This document shows positions 14,201 to 27,730 of a DNA stretch of 64,000 nt, in pieces (within the stretch, counting starts at the first letter, position 1; each line of letters opens with the position of its first letter). A model generated the notes under the pieces. The model saw nothing but the letters and a program-made list of their open reading frames with translations, was not told the origin of the DNA and did no database searches. The DNA comes from Phallusia mammillata. Its lineage: Eukaryota. The translations under genes were made by a program, and so were the position numbers. Location: the NCBI GenBank assembly GCA_965637545.1, contig OZ281499.1:25482001-25546000 (forward strand), written 5' to 3'.

Positions 14201-16671
14201 AGACCAATGAATTAAGTGTGTTTTTTGATTTGTTGGTTTAGGTAATTCTGAAAATATTACAAGTCTTCGAGAAAATCCTGATTTCAGTTTTCTGCACATG
14301 ATAAGGTAAGTTTTGAAATATGTCTGTGTAGTCCTTGTGTGCAACATTTTATTTTTTTTGTAGATTGCTGTATTCGAGCAATGATAAAGTGAAAATTCTC
14401 GCTGGAAATGCCCTTGCCATGTTTTCGTTCAACTCTGTCCCGCAGCAGAAGGAGATCGCTGAATGTGGAGGAGTCAGATGGAACAATTTTTCACCATTTC
14501 TTAAATCAGACGATGATATAGCAGCGATCAATGCTGCTTTTCAGGTGTTTTTTCATGATGTGTTATTAAAGCCTTTTTTCAAGTTTTTTTCTTATGTATA
14601 TATATATAACTTTTAAAATGACATTTTATTTTAACCATAGTTGCAAATGTCTTGGTCGTTTGCCTTATTGTTTTATGTTTTGTTTGGTAAAAACATGATA
14701 AAAAAGGTTAAATCCAAAAAAGATTTAGGCGAAAAAAGATTAATGATTTAAAAGTGAAGGCTAATAAAAAGTACTAACTGACAAGTTTATCTGTTTCTTC
14801 GATGCTAGTTTTGTCAAAATGCTTTTACAATGTTTAGCATTTCGATATGCATTTAAATTAGTTTCTTTTTCAAAAAATAAAACTTTCTTTTGTTTGTTTG
14901 AAACAAGGTTGTGGTTTTATCTCGCATTATCCCTGATGAAGAACCAGCATTTTCATCTGCTGAGGGAATAAAAACAATTGTGGATCGACTTTCAGGATCA
15001 AAAGATGACGATGTGAGAGCTCTTGCTTCTGATTGTATCGCAAGATTGGCTCACACAAGAGCAGGTTTGTATATTTGCTTCTTACGTTATGGTGGCTGCT
15101 GTGTAATTGAAGGTGGTTAGTAAAACTGCTTTTTGTTGGCTTAAATTTTGTCGCAAGATGTGTGTTTTCCAACTTGAAGCCTTAATGTTTAAGTAACTTG
15201 CATATTAAACTAACTAAAACAACAAATAAATAATTCAGTCGTGCGCCTTTAATGGGCATGACATACTGTAAACAATTAAATAAATAGCTTGTCATGTAAT
15301 TAAACCAACAAGGCAACTTGAAAAGGCTGCGGTGCATGTGCAGAATATTTTCTAGGTGTTCCCTCTGCAATGGTGTCAATCAATGTGGTTGAAGAACTGT
15401 GCAAATTGCTACAATTACCAAATGACCAGGTATTTATATTTGTTATCATAGTGGACTAAACGCTGACAGTTTTAAAGTAAACAAGTTATTAAAAATAAAT
15501 AATTCTTACAAAGGTTTTAATTTTTTTTATGTTATATCATTCTGTAAATGTAAACTTTGTTTTCAGGTTCGTGGATCTGCATCAATAGCGCTGGGATACT
15601 TAAGTTTCGACCATGTAGCTGAGCGTCAGATGTTACACATTTGCCGCAGTGAGCCATGCTTGGTACATGTAATTAAATATTACACCAAAAACTACAAATT
15701 ATCACCTGAATTCCTCGAAGGCTGGAAGCATTGTTTAAGAGTGGGCTTGCCTGGGGGAATGTAAGTTTTTATTGTGTGTGCGATTGTTTGTTTCTCTAGA
15801 AATTCGTACATGACCATTTTACCTTTTTTACACAAAAAATATGTTAGTTTTCAAACAAGAAAAAATACTAAATTCATTTTTGTCAACCAAAAATACTTAA
15901 CATTCTGTAAGTTCTACACCCAAATACCTTAATGCAATCATAGTTCTGATGTTAAATTGTGAGTTTGTGTGCAGAGCAAAGGAAAGCAAGTCAGATTTTC
16001 TTCAAGCCTTGACCCAGAGTATCTCCAATGCTTTCATGAAACCACCTAAAGAACTCTCGGCTTCTCTCCAAACTTTAACTGAAGACATGGGTGGTTCAAG
16101 ATCACAAAGTCACCCTCATAGGTAATGTAATGTGGATAGTTGACATGATTTTGGTGGGTATACATTAGGATCTTTATTAGCCCTAAAAGGATTCATTAAG
16201 AAATCGAATGAATAAATGTAAAGATATGAGCAAACTTTTTGTTTCGAAGATTTCTATGAAGCGCCTGACTCAATAAAGAAAATGATGATAATGGGCCGAT
16301 CTAGCTAAAATATTCATCAATTTTGAAATAGCTGCACACTTTAAGACATGCATTAAAAATGGACAGAGAGCATAACTAGTGTTTTTTTTTTTCTTGACTA
16401 AGGTTAAAGTATGAGTAACACTAAAGAATATGAATGTGGGCATTATTTTAACTTTATCTATTATTGACACAGTTCAAGGGCATCACAGCTCCTTGCAACA
16501 ATCCATGATGACATGTCGCAGCTTCACGGCCGATCAACACATTCCTCAAGGCTTACCAGGAACTCAAGAAGGACGAATTCTATACTTGGGGTTAAACAAC
16601 ACCTGAATGGCAAGCAGAGCATTTCTCCTATGTCTCAAGACATTGGACCAAGCATCAGTCAAGCTTCTTAA
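8288..16671 (+). CDS. ANKAR: Ankyrin and armadillo repeat-containing protein (ANKAR-like), 881 aa
   Basis: 15 exons: 8288-8498, 9363-9535, 10199-10312, 10946-11521, 11954-12143, 12389-12469, 13042-13188, 13657-13794, 14242-14305, 14364-14544, 14908-15064, 15356-15429, 15567-15760, 15975-16121, 16473-16671 (2646 nt, open frame). N-terminal ANK motifs (GWTAIHHCV, RTPFLLAVE, GSRVNAID), then ARM repeats (AGGIPAIVK, AGGIKALI, NGIQPLVRQL). The C-terminal LGYLSF...PEFLEGW...VGLP resembles vertebrate ANKAR. In-frame stop at 8252-8254 upstream of the ATG; acceptor ends at 8243; AATAAA at 16918-16923. Confidence 0.8.
10612..10794. mobile_element. MITE (Tc1/mariner-like, TA-flanked); related fragments at ~18445-18570, ~40305-40448, ~49093-49150
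   Basis: Imperfect TIRs TA-CTGTAAACCTGGGTTAA ... TTAACCGAGGTATACTG-TA. The recurrent internal motifs TTAATCCAGAT and GATCTTCGCCTAAT are shared with the other fragments. Confidence 0.55.
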
Positions 16672-17144
16672 CTGTTTGTTCTATTTTGTAGGTTTTATTC
16701 AATTTGTTTTTGTATTTAATCATTTGTTAAAAGATGAATTGATTTAAGCCTGAAATAGTGATTTTTACACATCAGTTTATGTTTGTTTCACATTTTTTTG
16801 CACTTTAACTTTTAGTTTGCTTTGCCAAATCACGGGCCAGACTAATGTTCACTACCTTATTGTTGTATTGTGCATTGATCATAATGGTCACCTCACTGTT
16901 TTGCACTGTCGATTGTGAATAAAGTGTTACCTTTTCTTATTATTTGTAATCAGCCCAAAAATTTGAAGACTGATGGAGAGCGAGTAGTATTAATAGCAAA
17001 GACATCAAGAGACATTTTAGTAAATAAAATGGTCTACAAGGCGTAATAAGTTGTAGCTGTTGTTAAATAAGAAGGACATACATAAAAAAAACGAAAAAAC
17101 TCGTGATAAAAAATTCAGGATTTCTATGGAGCGCAGACAATTTG

Positions 17145-17157
17145 CCCACGTGACTCA
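17145..17157 (+). promoter_or_regulatory. CLEAR-like E-box (CCCACGTGAC) overlapping an AP-1 site (TGACTCA) upstream of ARSG copy 1
   Basis: Sequence CCCACGTGACTCA about 400 nt upstream of ATG 17552, in a CpG-containing stretch. Confidence 0.45.
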
Positions 17158-17551
17158 GTGCAAAGTTGTGGGAAAATGTAAACAAGAGTAAAATATTGTT
17201 TGTTGACAAACTTGCAAAGTTTCGTAAGATACGACAAATGTGTTATAATCTAGAGCTTTTATTTTAGGCCGTGGAGTTCAAATATTACACAAAAAAGCAA
17301 GTGTTTTTTTTGTGTGTCGAAAAAGCTAAAAATAAAAGTTTGTGATGCAAACAAACTTTGGACCGTCTTGGACGTAACAATCAATTTTGCGGAATAATTT
17401 TGCAGTTAATGACTGAATATTGTCCCAATGTTTGCATTTGATTTAATATTTTGGTTAATTCAGTTAAGTAAATTGCTTACACTGCAAAACGCATCGCAGA
17501 ACATAATTTAACACATTTATTGCAAAACAGAAGTTCTAGGAGGTACAAACT

Positions 17552-20500
17552 ATGGTGATTGCAGTGAAAATTTTGTTTACTGTATTTGCTTCATCATTCA
17601 TTTATTTTGGACATGCCATCAGCATTTTTGAAAAGGTTGAACAATTTTTTTTAATTTGAGCATTTTGTGATTCAATTTTGACAAATAAACTCACACTCAA
17701 ATTAACATGTTGTTATTTTAATGTTTTTTTTTCATTGTAATGTAGCATATATTAATACAGTTTAATCAAACTCATTATACATCATCATAAAACAAGATTT
17801 TTTACTTTAGAACCCTGGCACATCCGAGCGACCAAACTTTGTGATCTTGTTTGCTGACGATATTGGATGGGGAGATTTTGGTGCAAACTGGAATCCTAAC
17901 AAACATGTCACTCCCAATCTCAACAAAATGGCTGAAGAGGGATTAAGGTTAGTTTTGCCATATTTCAGTACTTGATTTACAAACTTTAGGCAACACAGAA
18001 CAAAAACATACAACAAAGGGTAAATATAATGAAGCCCTTTTTTGGTGTGATATAATTCAGTCATGCTAAAATCATATATTTGTGCACAATATTAAGTATT
18101 ACACTGTTTTTAGACTGACAAATTTTCATGCCGGCGCATCAGTATGTACACCCTCAAGAGCATCATTACTTACTGGTAGAATTGGACTTCGAACTGGAAT
18201 TGTGAATAACTTTGAACCCAACTCAGTTGCTGGATTGCCCTTAAACGAAACTACAGTTGCTGAAGTACTGAAAGAAAATGGCTATAACACTGGAATGATA
18301 GGTAACTAATGCTGTATGTTTGCATTTGCTAACACGCTTTTGTTGAAAAATGTGTCCTTATTTTCAACAACAGTACATCCAATTCTGGTTTAATGCAAAT
18401 GTTGTTCTTTGTGCACACTAAATCTAAAACTGTAATCCCTTAATATAGGAAAATTAAGTTAAATAGGATCTTCGCCTAATTCAGACAAAACTTGGGGTAC
18501 AAATGAATTGTAATGTGGCATGGCTTTATCTAGTCGACATCGGTTAATCCGGATCTTCGCCTAATCTTAACATTTTTTAGTTAAAGCATTGTATAACCCC
18601 AGAAAATATGTAGGTGTTAAAGTGACTATGAAACACTATATGTATAGTCAAAATGGTTTCTTTGTTTAGGAAAATGGCATCTTGGTATGACTCACCAATA
18701 TCATCCAAGTTCAAGAGGTTTCGATTACTATTATGGACTTCCATATAGTAATGACATGGGCTGTGTGGATGTACCTACTTATAACAGACCAGAATGCAAA
18801 GAATGTCCTAAAACCCCAAAGGATATGATTCACAATGTTACTGCTGTTGGTATGTTGCTAATTTTTGAGTAATAGCAAGAATTAGGATTGCACTGCAATT
18901 ATGGCACCTGTATGGTGTTAATGTGTGTAAGTTATATAATGCTAGAAGCAAAGCTGTCATTTTAAAATTTAGTATTGCCATAATGAGATATTTAAAAGAA
19001 ATGTTCTGAAACTCTTGTGTCTTTTTGCACATGAAAAATAAGTTTTTTTATAAACAAGACTGCATACACTTTAAATCTGTAATGATTGGTTTTGACATAG
19101 TAAACTTACTTTTTGGGGCATATAAATGTAATAAACAAATACTTGGTTTTTAAATGTCCTGAACTTTGTACAGCAAAGAAACTATTTGGTCTTGTGTTTG
19201 TATCTGTGAGACTTTGACTTTACTGTTAAATTGTTAAGCCAGAAAACACATAAAGTGCTTTGTCTCATACAAGTTTATCTTCAGAATGTCGAAACTACAA
19301 TACAGCATTGCCATTGTACGAGAATTATGACATCGTTGAACAGCCAGCTGACCTAATAGAATTGGGAGATCACTACGCTGAAAAAGCACATGGATTTATT
19401 GATGCTGCTGTGAAATCAGGAAAACCTTTCTTACTCTACATTGCATTTGCACACATGCATTGCCCACATGCTCATGCTCCTAGGTAAACTTACAGTACTT
19501 GTGTAATGTAAAGGAGTGGAGATTTTTAGGACCTTAACCCGCATAGTAAGAATACCTGTGCTACTGTATGCTTGTAGTAAGTAGTTACTAAGCTTAACAA
19601 TAATAAAAAAACTTCACCATTCATCATGGACGGAACTTATTAGCTACTATAAGTGAATTATAACCCCCCTATTGTGGTTCTTTTTAAGCTGATGTAGTGT
19701 TTTATGCTAGACTGACTGGTATAAAATACCTGGCACCAGGCTTTATTTACCAATCTTACTTTTTAATATTGTTTGTCTTTGAATAAACCTTAAAGATGGT
19801 TGGTACCATATCTGTTACACTATCAGGTAACTTGTTTGACAGTCATTTTTTTTTTTTGAGCACAGATTCACAAACTCAACGGATGTAAATACGGTTTATG
19901 CTGACACACTTCATGAAATGGATGATGTGATTGGGCGAGTTATTAAAGCACTTAAGAACAATGGAGTTTATGACAACACAATGACATTATTTACTGGTGA
20001 TAATGGTCCATGGAGTGGCAAATGTGAATACAGGTTAGAATCTAGATTAGGTAACACACCCAAAAACCAATAAAAGTGACTTTCCTGAAAAAAATGAGCA
20101 ATGATCCATAAACTGCTTAGCAACATCATATAAATTTTAAATTGCGAAACGTTGCATCAAAATACCCATATTGTCGTTTGGCAGGATTAAGTTATTGTCT
20201 CCTTAGATAACAATGGATTTTATGGTACATGCTTTTGTATGATTCATCCACTGTACTATATTCCCAGTTTTCTGTCAAACTTCCAATTTAACAATTGTAA
20301 ACGTTTCCTGTATTGCACCACTATTAGTTTTCCAGTTTGTCTCACGCAAAAGGGATTGGCCTGTACATTTAAATCAGGAATAAAGTCTTGATTTTAGTTG
20401 CAAATGTGTCAATATTTGTGTTTGCAACTGTCATGTGTGCTTTGTCACATGAGTTGCTGAACCTTGTGTATTGTGTACAATTGTAAACCTTTATCTAATG

Positions 20501-22372
20501 CCTACGTAAAGTCCAAGAAGTCTTGGCAAGAACACATTACCAACATAATAACTTGTAGTTATTGATATAGGTCAAGTTTTATGCTACAACTTCTATCTGG
20601 GTAACATAATTTCGACACAATGCATCTAAAAGGTCTTGTTTTTTGTGACTACCATCTATGCATAGGAGGCAACAGCACAATGATGCTCAAGTCCTACATG
20701 TAGCACACAAAGTATCTCACATAATGAGTCTCTGGATAAAAGGATTTTTATTGGAGTTTAAACAGTCATAAAATTTACACTTTTTGTCCGTTTTCTCTGC
20801 CCTATGTACATATTTTTTGTTTATTTAATGTCTGTATCTGGAGTTGAAATGCTGTGCAAAAACCTGTTTGGTGGCACAAGTATAAATCTGAAAAAAATCT
20901 TGATGCTTGCATAACACCTGGGTGTGTATTATATGGCTAAAAAAAGTTGACCCTGCTTCATGTGAGTTCAATATTGCAAAACCAATCAACAATTTCAACA
21001 GCTTATTACTGTACTAACACATTTGCAGTGGAAGCCAAGGTCCGTTCTTGGGCTCATGGCTTTATGATACATACGGTGGGGGCACAACCGCAAAGTGTTC
21101 AACCTGGGAGGCAGGCCATCGAGAACCCACCGTCCTTACATGGCCAAACGTTGTTTCACCCAACACCACCAGTGATGCATTGACATCAGCATTGGATGTG
21201 TTTCCCACCATTTTATCTGCTGCTGGAGCAAAACTGCCAGCTCACCGAAAATATGATGGAATAGACTTGAACGATTTTCTGCGGGATAAGACCAGCACTG
21301 CTCATAATGTAAGTTTTGCTATCAGGTGTGAAAATACAACAATGATTTAGTGAATGTTTCAATGTTACGAAGCATGTTTGCATACAGAAGTGATTCCTTT
21401 TTTGCTGCAATCAGTAAAAAAAAATAAGCATTGTTTGTTAAACCCAGTTACATGCAAGAGCTTGATAAATTCCATGTGTGAATACCTAGCCATGTCCATA
21501 ATTTGCTAGGAATGCTTGGAAGACCGGCTGGATTCGACATAACAGTGTCAATTGGCCTGGCGTACTATGATTCATAATAGCTTAAGTCTTTGAGTAAAAT
21601 TTTTGCTCATCCTTAATCTGTGTTTAACTCTGAAAACTTTTTTATTAGGTTCTGTTCCATCCAAACAGTTTTGACACTGGGGTAAATGGACAAATCGACA
21701 CGATCCGAATGAAGCAGTACAAGGTTTACTGGAAGACTGGTGGCAGTTGGCCTGACTGTGCTGGTAATAAAGCTCCTCTTGTCGTCCATGATCCTCCGAT
21801 CGTGTTTGATGTCGAGAATGATCCAGCTGAAAGTGTCTTGCTGACTGAAGAATCGCATCCAGAATTACCACAGGTTAATCATAACTGCAAGACTTAAAAT
21901 GTGGTGTTTTATTACCTATTCTGTACCAATTAATGTCTTTGCTTGAAATCTGTAAAGAATTATTAAAGAGCATGCATAGCCTAACCTACATAACCACTTT
22001 AAATGTAAAAGTGTTGTTTGCTGTTTGAATTTATTAAAGACGTTGTGTGAATAATTAGCATATAATGTCTATCTTAAAGCTCTTTAGCATCAATTTTATG
22101 AAAGCAGCTGAAATTAGGAAACAGCTGGGTGTCAAATATGACAAAAAGATTACACTTTTTCTTAGGCATTTTTCTGAAAATCGACAGAATTTTTTTGTGT
22201 CTTGCAGATAATATTTGATGCGATTGCACTTCGTGAGATGTTTCTTGAAAGTGTGAAGTCGGATAATACCTCAACCGCTGATTATTCAACGTCATCTTCT
22301 GCTTTGCCATGTTGCGATCCAACTCAATTTTACTGCAAATGCAAAAAAGATAAATTGCTGTGGTTACCCTAA
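17552..22372 (+). CDS. ARSG: Arylsulfatase G-like, copy 1 (541 aa)
   Basis: Exons 17552-17635, 17811-17947, 18114-18301, 18670-18849, 19285-19483, 19866-20033, 21029-21308, 21649-21873, 22208-22372. Signal peptide, [15 protein letters not shown], formylglycine motif [22 protein letters not shown], and ARSG-type C-terminus [12 protein letters not shown]. Confidence 0.92.
21510..21575 (+). mobile_element. Fragment of palindromic tRNA-SINE-like family A (arm only)
   Basis: GGAATGCTTGGAAGACCGGCTGGATTCG...GGCCTGGCGTACTATGATTCAT matches the right arm at 47890-47955. Confidence 0.6.
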
Positions 22373-23140
22373 CCTTAAAGCAACAGCAACAAAGTATTGG
22401 AGTTTGGTGCTGCTAACGTGTATTTTTAAATGTACACTTTCATGCACAAACAATCATGATTAATCAAGCTGTAAACTGAAGATTATTGATTTGTGTGTTA
22501 GGCCACTGTCATAGATCATTAACTTCCATTAACCAAAGTCTTGTTAACTAAGCTTAACAACTGATCGGTGCCGTTCAGATTAATCTTGCAGAAATGTTTT
22601 CATCAAGATTTACTCATGCTGTGTAAAGTTAAGTAGATTGTTAAAGAAAATAACAGTTGCTGTCTTGTATTGTTTTCTTGATAGTGTATTTCAAAATCTG
22701 CTATGCTGGTTAAATTGCAACTTGTATTTGCTTATTTACTGATTTAATCTTTCTATGCATTGTAACACTATGTTAGATGAAATAAGTTATTGTGTAGAAA
22801 CAAAGATATTATTTTGTGTGTTTTTTTCCTTATTAGTTTTAATGTAATTTATTGGTGCCGTAAATTAAAATATGCAGTTACTTGGATGTTATGTAATGTA
22901 AATTCTTTGCTTTCTTTCTGAATTTTGCTTTCATAAACTAAAAAATACTCTTTTATATTTTGTAATTAGTTCATTTGTATATGTCTGTTTTTTAGGCCTT
23001 TTCCTCCATGCACATTTGTCATTTACTTTTTATTTTGTCTTTGAATTCATGCTTCTTCAAATCATCATGTCTTTTTTTATTCAGCCTGTCCACATTTGTT
23101 AGGTGTAACAAAATATCTCATAAAAATTAATTAGCTCATT

Positions 23141-26100
23141 ATGTTGAAAATTTTATTTCTGTTTACATTCTTGGCCATATGTTCTGGAAGTTCCAATCAA
23201 AAAACATCAACATTTCAAAGGGCAAGTATAAAAACTTTTTGTTGTCACCAAAGATTAAATAAAGACTTTTTTGTTGTCACCAAAGATAAATGCATATTTT
23301 TATGTAGAATTGTAACATAGTATAATCCAACTAATATGTCAGAAAAAATACTAACTTGTTTTTTTTATTAATGTGCATTTATAGCTGTTCCTTTCATTAT
23401 TTTTTATTGTTCAGAACATTGTCACATCCGAGCGACCAAACTTTGTGATCTTGTTTGCTGACGATATTGGATGGGGAGATTTTGGTGCAAACTGGAATCC
23501 TAACAAAGATGTCACTCCAAATCTCAACAAAATGGCTGAAGAGGGATTAAGGTTTCATAACAGTTTTCAATAATAGCCTGCTGCCATAGCTGCATTTCAG
23601 AAATATGTTTTATCTGTTTTGTGAAAAGTTGTGCATAATGTTGACTTACAACTCCTTTAGTTGTTACCATAGATCAGTACTTTTTAACTCAAGTGGCCCC
23701 TTTTATATCACCCTTTTTAAATAGGGAGTTTTTTTATCCACAAATATATTATGAATTGAAATAATTTCATGTATGAATAAATAGTGGACCACCCACCTAA
23801 TTTTGTAAACTCCCCATAGGTGGGTGGCAGTGCGTCGGATAGGAAGCTCTACCATATGTGTTATGCTGTGGTCATTGATATTGTTTTCAAAGCATCTTTT
23901 TTATAAAGTAGGAACTGCAAGCTTTTTTATGTTTGTAATTGAATAGCTTACAAATCTTATTCAACTTGACATTTGTAAAGCTCTCATAGTGTTAGCAATT
24001 TTTTCTTGTAGTTCCAGAAAATGAAACCACTGTAGCTGAAGTTTTAAAAGAAAGCGGATATTATACTGGAATGATAGGTAGGTAACATACTGACATACTC
24101 TTGTTTTCACATTTTTTCTATTTCATAATTATACTCCTTTAAATTGGTTAGAGTTTCCTTTTGATTGTTTTTGACAGTACAGTATTGCATTTAGAATAAT
24201 TTAACAAAACGAGTATTTTTGGTTTGGTAAAAAGAGCAATTTTTTCGGAAAGATTTAATAACACAAACTTTTTTTCTTGGTATGTTTTGTGGATTAGGTA
24301 AATGGCATTTGGGAATGACTCGCGATTTCCACCCTAGCTCAAGAGGTTTGGACTACTATTATGGACTTCCATATAGTAATGATATGGGTTGTGTGGATGT
24401 TCCTACTTATAACAGGCCTGAATGCAAAGAGTGCCTAACCCAAGTTTTTAACAGGAAATCTACAGATACTGCAGAACCTATAGGTAAATGACAACTTGTT
24501 TTTTGCTTGGTTGTTAATGTTACTAAGCAAAATAACCTTGTTTTGTGTTTGTACTGATGGAATTAGGGATTTTTATGGAATTGCTGGTTGTGTGGCCCAA
24601 GATATTTGGTTTTGAAATAAAGAAGCCCACCAATCTATTTCAGTGCAGTGCTAGAAAGGAATTTCAAATTTTGTGTTGGTTTTAAGCTGAGTAATGAGTT
24701 CAGTGCTATTTTTGTGCAACTGGTAATGCGGTTAGAATCATTACGATGTTAACTCTTACTGTTGTTAACTTAATAAAACCATGTTTAGTTCTCAACAAAG
24801 CTTTTATTGGATAAGAGATCTAATCATGTAAATTACATTTTGACACATTAATGGTTAAGGTTGTGCACCCCTGCTGTAGAGGCTTAGCTAATAACTAGAT
24901 TGCAAGAAACACATATAAAAAGACTTGATTTAAAACAAATATATACTCCTAAAGAGAAGACATTATGTGAATGGTAAGATGACAAAAGTAGTTTTTTAAT
25001 TTGAATGACATATTTTCATCTAGACTGTCCGAGTTATTACACAGCCCTTCCACTTTATAAGGATTATGAGATCGTACAACAACCTGCAGATCTTACAGCA
25101 TTGGGAGATTACTATGCTGAGAAGGCTGATAGTTTTATAGATGCTGCATCAAAGTCTGGAAAACCTTTTCTACTTTACCTTGCATTTGCTCACCCCCATG
25201 TCCCACTGGCATTTGCTGACAGGTTAGTTAGATTAGCAGGACTATGTTATACATTACTTTAGTGTGTAACTTGAAAAAAATGCTTGATATTAGAAGGATT
25301 TTACTTCTCGGACTTAAAAGTAATTTTATTAAAAACATAACTGCCAGAGAACTTGTGTACATACAATACATCATGCTGCTCCAGAACATGATCCACCAAT
25401 TGTGTTTGATGTTGTAAATGACCCAGCTGAAAGTGTACAACTGACCAGTGAAAATACTCCTCATTTGGACCAGGTGAAATATAAAATCCTTTTTTGAAAG
25501 GGGGACATTTTTCTCAAGTTTCTTTTTTTTTACTCATTGGCGAAGGTTTAGTTGTATATTTACAGAAAGATCGGTTAAAACTAGAAAGGTGGCTTAGCAC
25601 ATTTTGTTGTTGCATTTACACTATAACCTATTTCAAAACATTAATATATTTCCTATACTTATTTTGTATTGGGTCCTATATTAGCCATTGTCTTTTATAA
25701 CCTTAGTCGTTTCTGCAGGCAAAAACTCATGGGTTGAAAATAATGCATTTCAAGAGATAACCATGAAAAAGTCGGGTGTTGTAAGGTAAAACACAGTGAT
25801 CGGCACTGGGCTTAAATAATAATTTCTATGGAGAATACAAACTATAAAATTAGATTCATCCCAGATATTGTTTGAAGTATGTCCTATTTAACATTATAAG
25901 AAACTGACCCATTTTAGGGGGCTAGTAGGGTAACTAATTGGGTTCGACACACAAACTAAAAAATATGTAAAAACCACAATGACTCAATAAATAGTACTGC
26001 AAAATTTCAGCCCAATCCGCCAATGTTTAAAATTTCGACCACTAGAGGTGTTTTGAGCAACAACTGTTATTGTTTCTGACGTCATAGGGCTGTCAACAAG

Positions 26101-26992
26101 CCACTAACTGCCATGGCGCCAGAACGTCCACCAAGCAACCCACCAATGAGCAACATACAACTGGTTGCCCTTGTAACACTATTGAGCAACAGAAATCTTT
26201 CGTTTGTGGTGCCCAGTAACATACAAATACGTTTTACACTTTAGGGGCCTGTGGGGTAAATGTTAGGACTACAGGGTTGAACACAACAATCGATACCTAT
26301 AAACGGCATACTATACAAGAAATCCAAATTTCAGCCAATTCTGACACTGTTTAAAAACTCACCCATTTTACGGGGGCTAGCGGGGTAAATACTGGGGTTA
26401 TCAACAAAAACAAAGTGGGTTGCACATCAACATGAATATATCTACCATCTGTGTAAATTTCAGCCAAATCCATCAAACATTTGATGGAAAAACCAGTCGG
26501 ACAAACTTTGGGTAGAAGAAAAAGGAAGAAAAACAAAGAAAAACAAACAAAAGAATTCGAGTAAAATCAATATGGGAAGGGGACCCATAACTAACTGAAA
26601 TTTACACATGCATTTGTCATCTGCAAGTTTTGACCGGGCTTGATCAGTATCGGTAATCCTAAATGCCCCCTAAGCTATGTTACTAAACTGTTTACACTAG
26701 AAATGTCATATTTTTAGTTTTTGGTGCATTGTAAATTTACAATCATTTTGATCTATTTGTGTTATTACCCAATTTTCAGTCTTTAGACCAACCCTGAAAC
26801 TCAAGTGTTTTACCATTTCAGATAATAGCATCAGCCACAACCCTTCGATCTGATTTACTTGCTGATATTGCGAGTGACAACACAACAGTTGCTGATTACT
26901 CCCAATCCTCTGATGTGTTGCCTTGTTGTGATCCAACACAGTTCTACTGCAGATGCAACAATCAGAAACTTATGTTCATACCAGAAAAATAA
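23141..26992 (+). pseudogene. ARSG: Arylsulfatase G-like copy 2, internally deleted pseudogene
   Basis: Present: exon 1 23141-23221 (signal peptide, GC donor), exon 2 23415-23551, 3' third of exon 3 (~24014-24077), exon 4 24298-24483, exon 5 25024-25222, 3' part of exon 8 (~25384-25473), exon 9 26822-26992. Missing: the CxPSR catalytic motif, exons 6-7 and the 5' part of exon 8. Both nearby acceptors (24011, 24017) are out of frame with exon 2. Confidence 0.85.
25705..26595 (+). mobile_element. Candidate non-autonomous Helentron-type (HINE/DINE-1-like) insertion
   Basis: Internal repeated modules (AAATTTCAGCC at ~26002, 26327, 26456; CCCATTTT..GGGGGCTAG at ~25908, 26362), an A-rich microsatellite-like tract at 26515-26556, and a 3' hairpin TATGGG-aagggga-CCCATA at 26571-26589. 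Boundaries are approximate. Confidence 0.4.
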
Positions 26993-27730
26993 CCAGTTTT
27001 AGTGTCAAAGAAAGATAACATTTCATGTCTTAAAGCAGCAATCTGTTTTCAACTGCAATTGACCATGCTTTGTGTATGCAATACTTTTTTAGGCTGCCTA
27101 CTTTTCAATCTACATTTATGCCAAATGTTTTCTAGTTTTTTTTTTTTATCTATCCTACAATGGTTGTGTTAATGTTGAAAAGGTGCAATTGTGCAATTTA
27201 ACAAGCATTGTGTATAGTTACAAACATGTTTCATGATTGTTTTTCACTTCAGTGTTTCGCATTTACCTGTTTTAACTTGTGCAATATTACCTACATAGTA
27301 GACCTGGGCCAAGCCGTTCCAAAACCCGTCTGATTTAAATGCCTAGTGTGTTAGAACATCACACATGTATGACAATATAGTTTTACCTGCTGGTTTTTAT
27401 TGCAACTTTTCAACAGAAAAATATTTGTAAGTAATGGACTTGGACTTGTGTGGACCTTTACCTATGATTGTGTCATGTTTAGTAAATTTGTCCCGAGTAT
27501 TGTAAAAATGCACTAAGAATTTACAACTTAACATGACTAAGCACTAATTTATATGCACTTAACTTTGTTACTTTTTGCAATACAGCATAAATGAATATGT
27601 GCAATATATTGTTTTACCTCGATTTCCATTTTTTTATACTTCACTTAAAATTACCTTTTCTAACAATCACTGTTTCATGTAATTGCAGGTTCTTTATGTA
27701 GGTTATATAGGTAAATTTCTGTGTCTAAAA

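Noticed and set aside
23049-23102. Alternative first exon for ARSG copy 2 (MLLQIIMSFFIQPVHIC)
   Set aside because: Ends in TAG; the 23141 ATG with a GC donor fits phase and paralogues.
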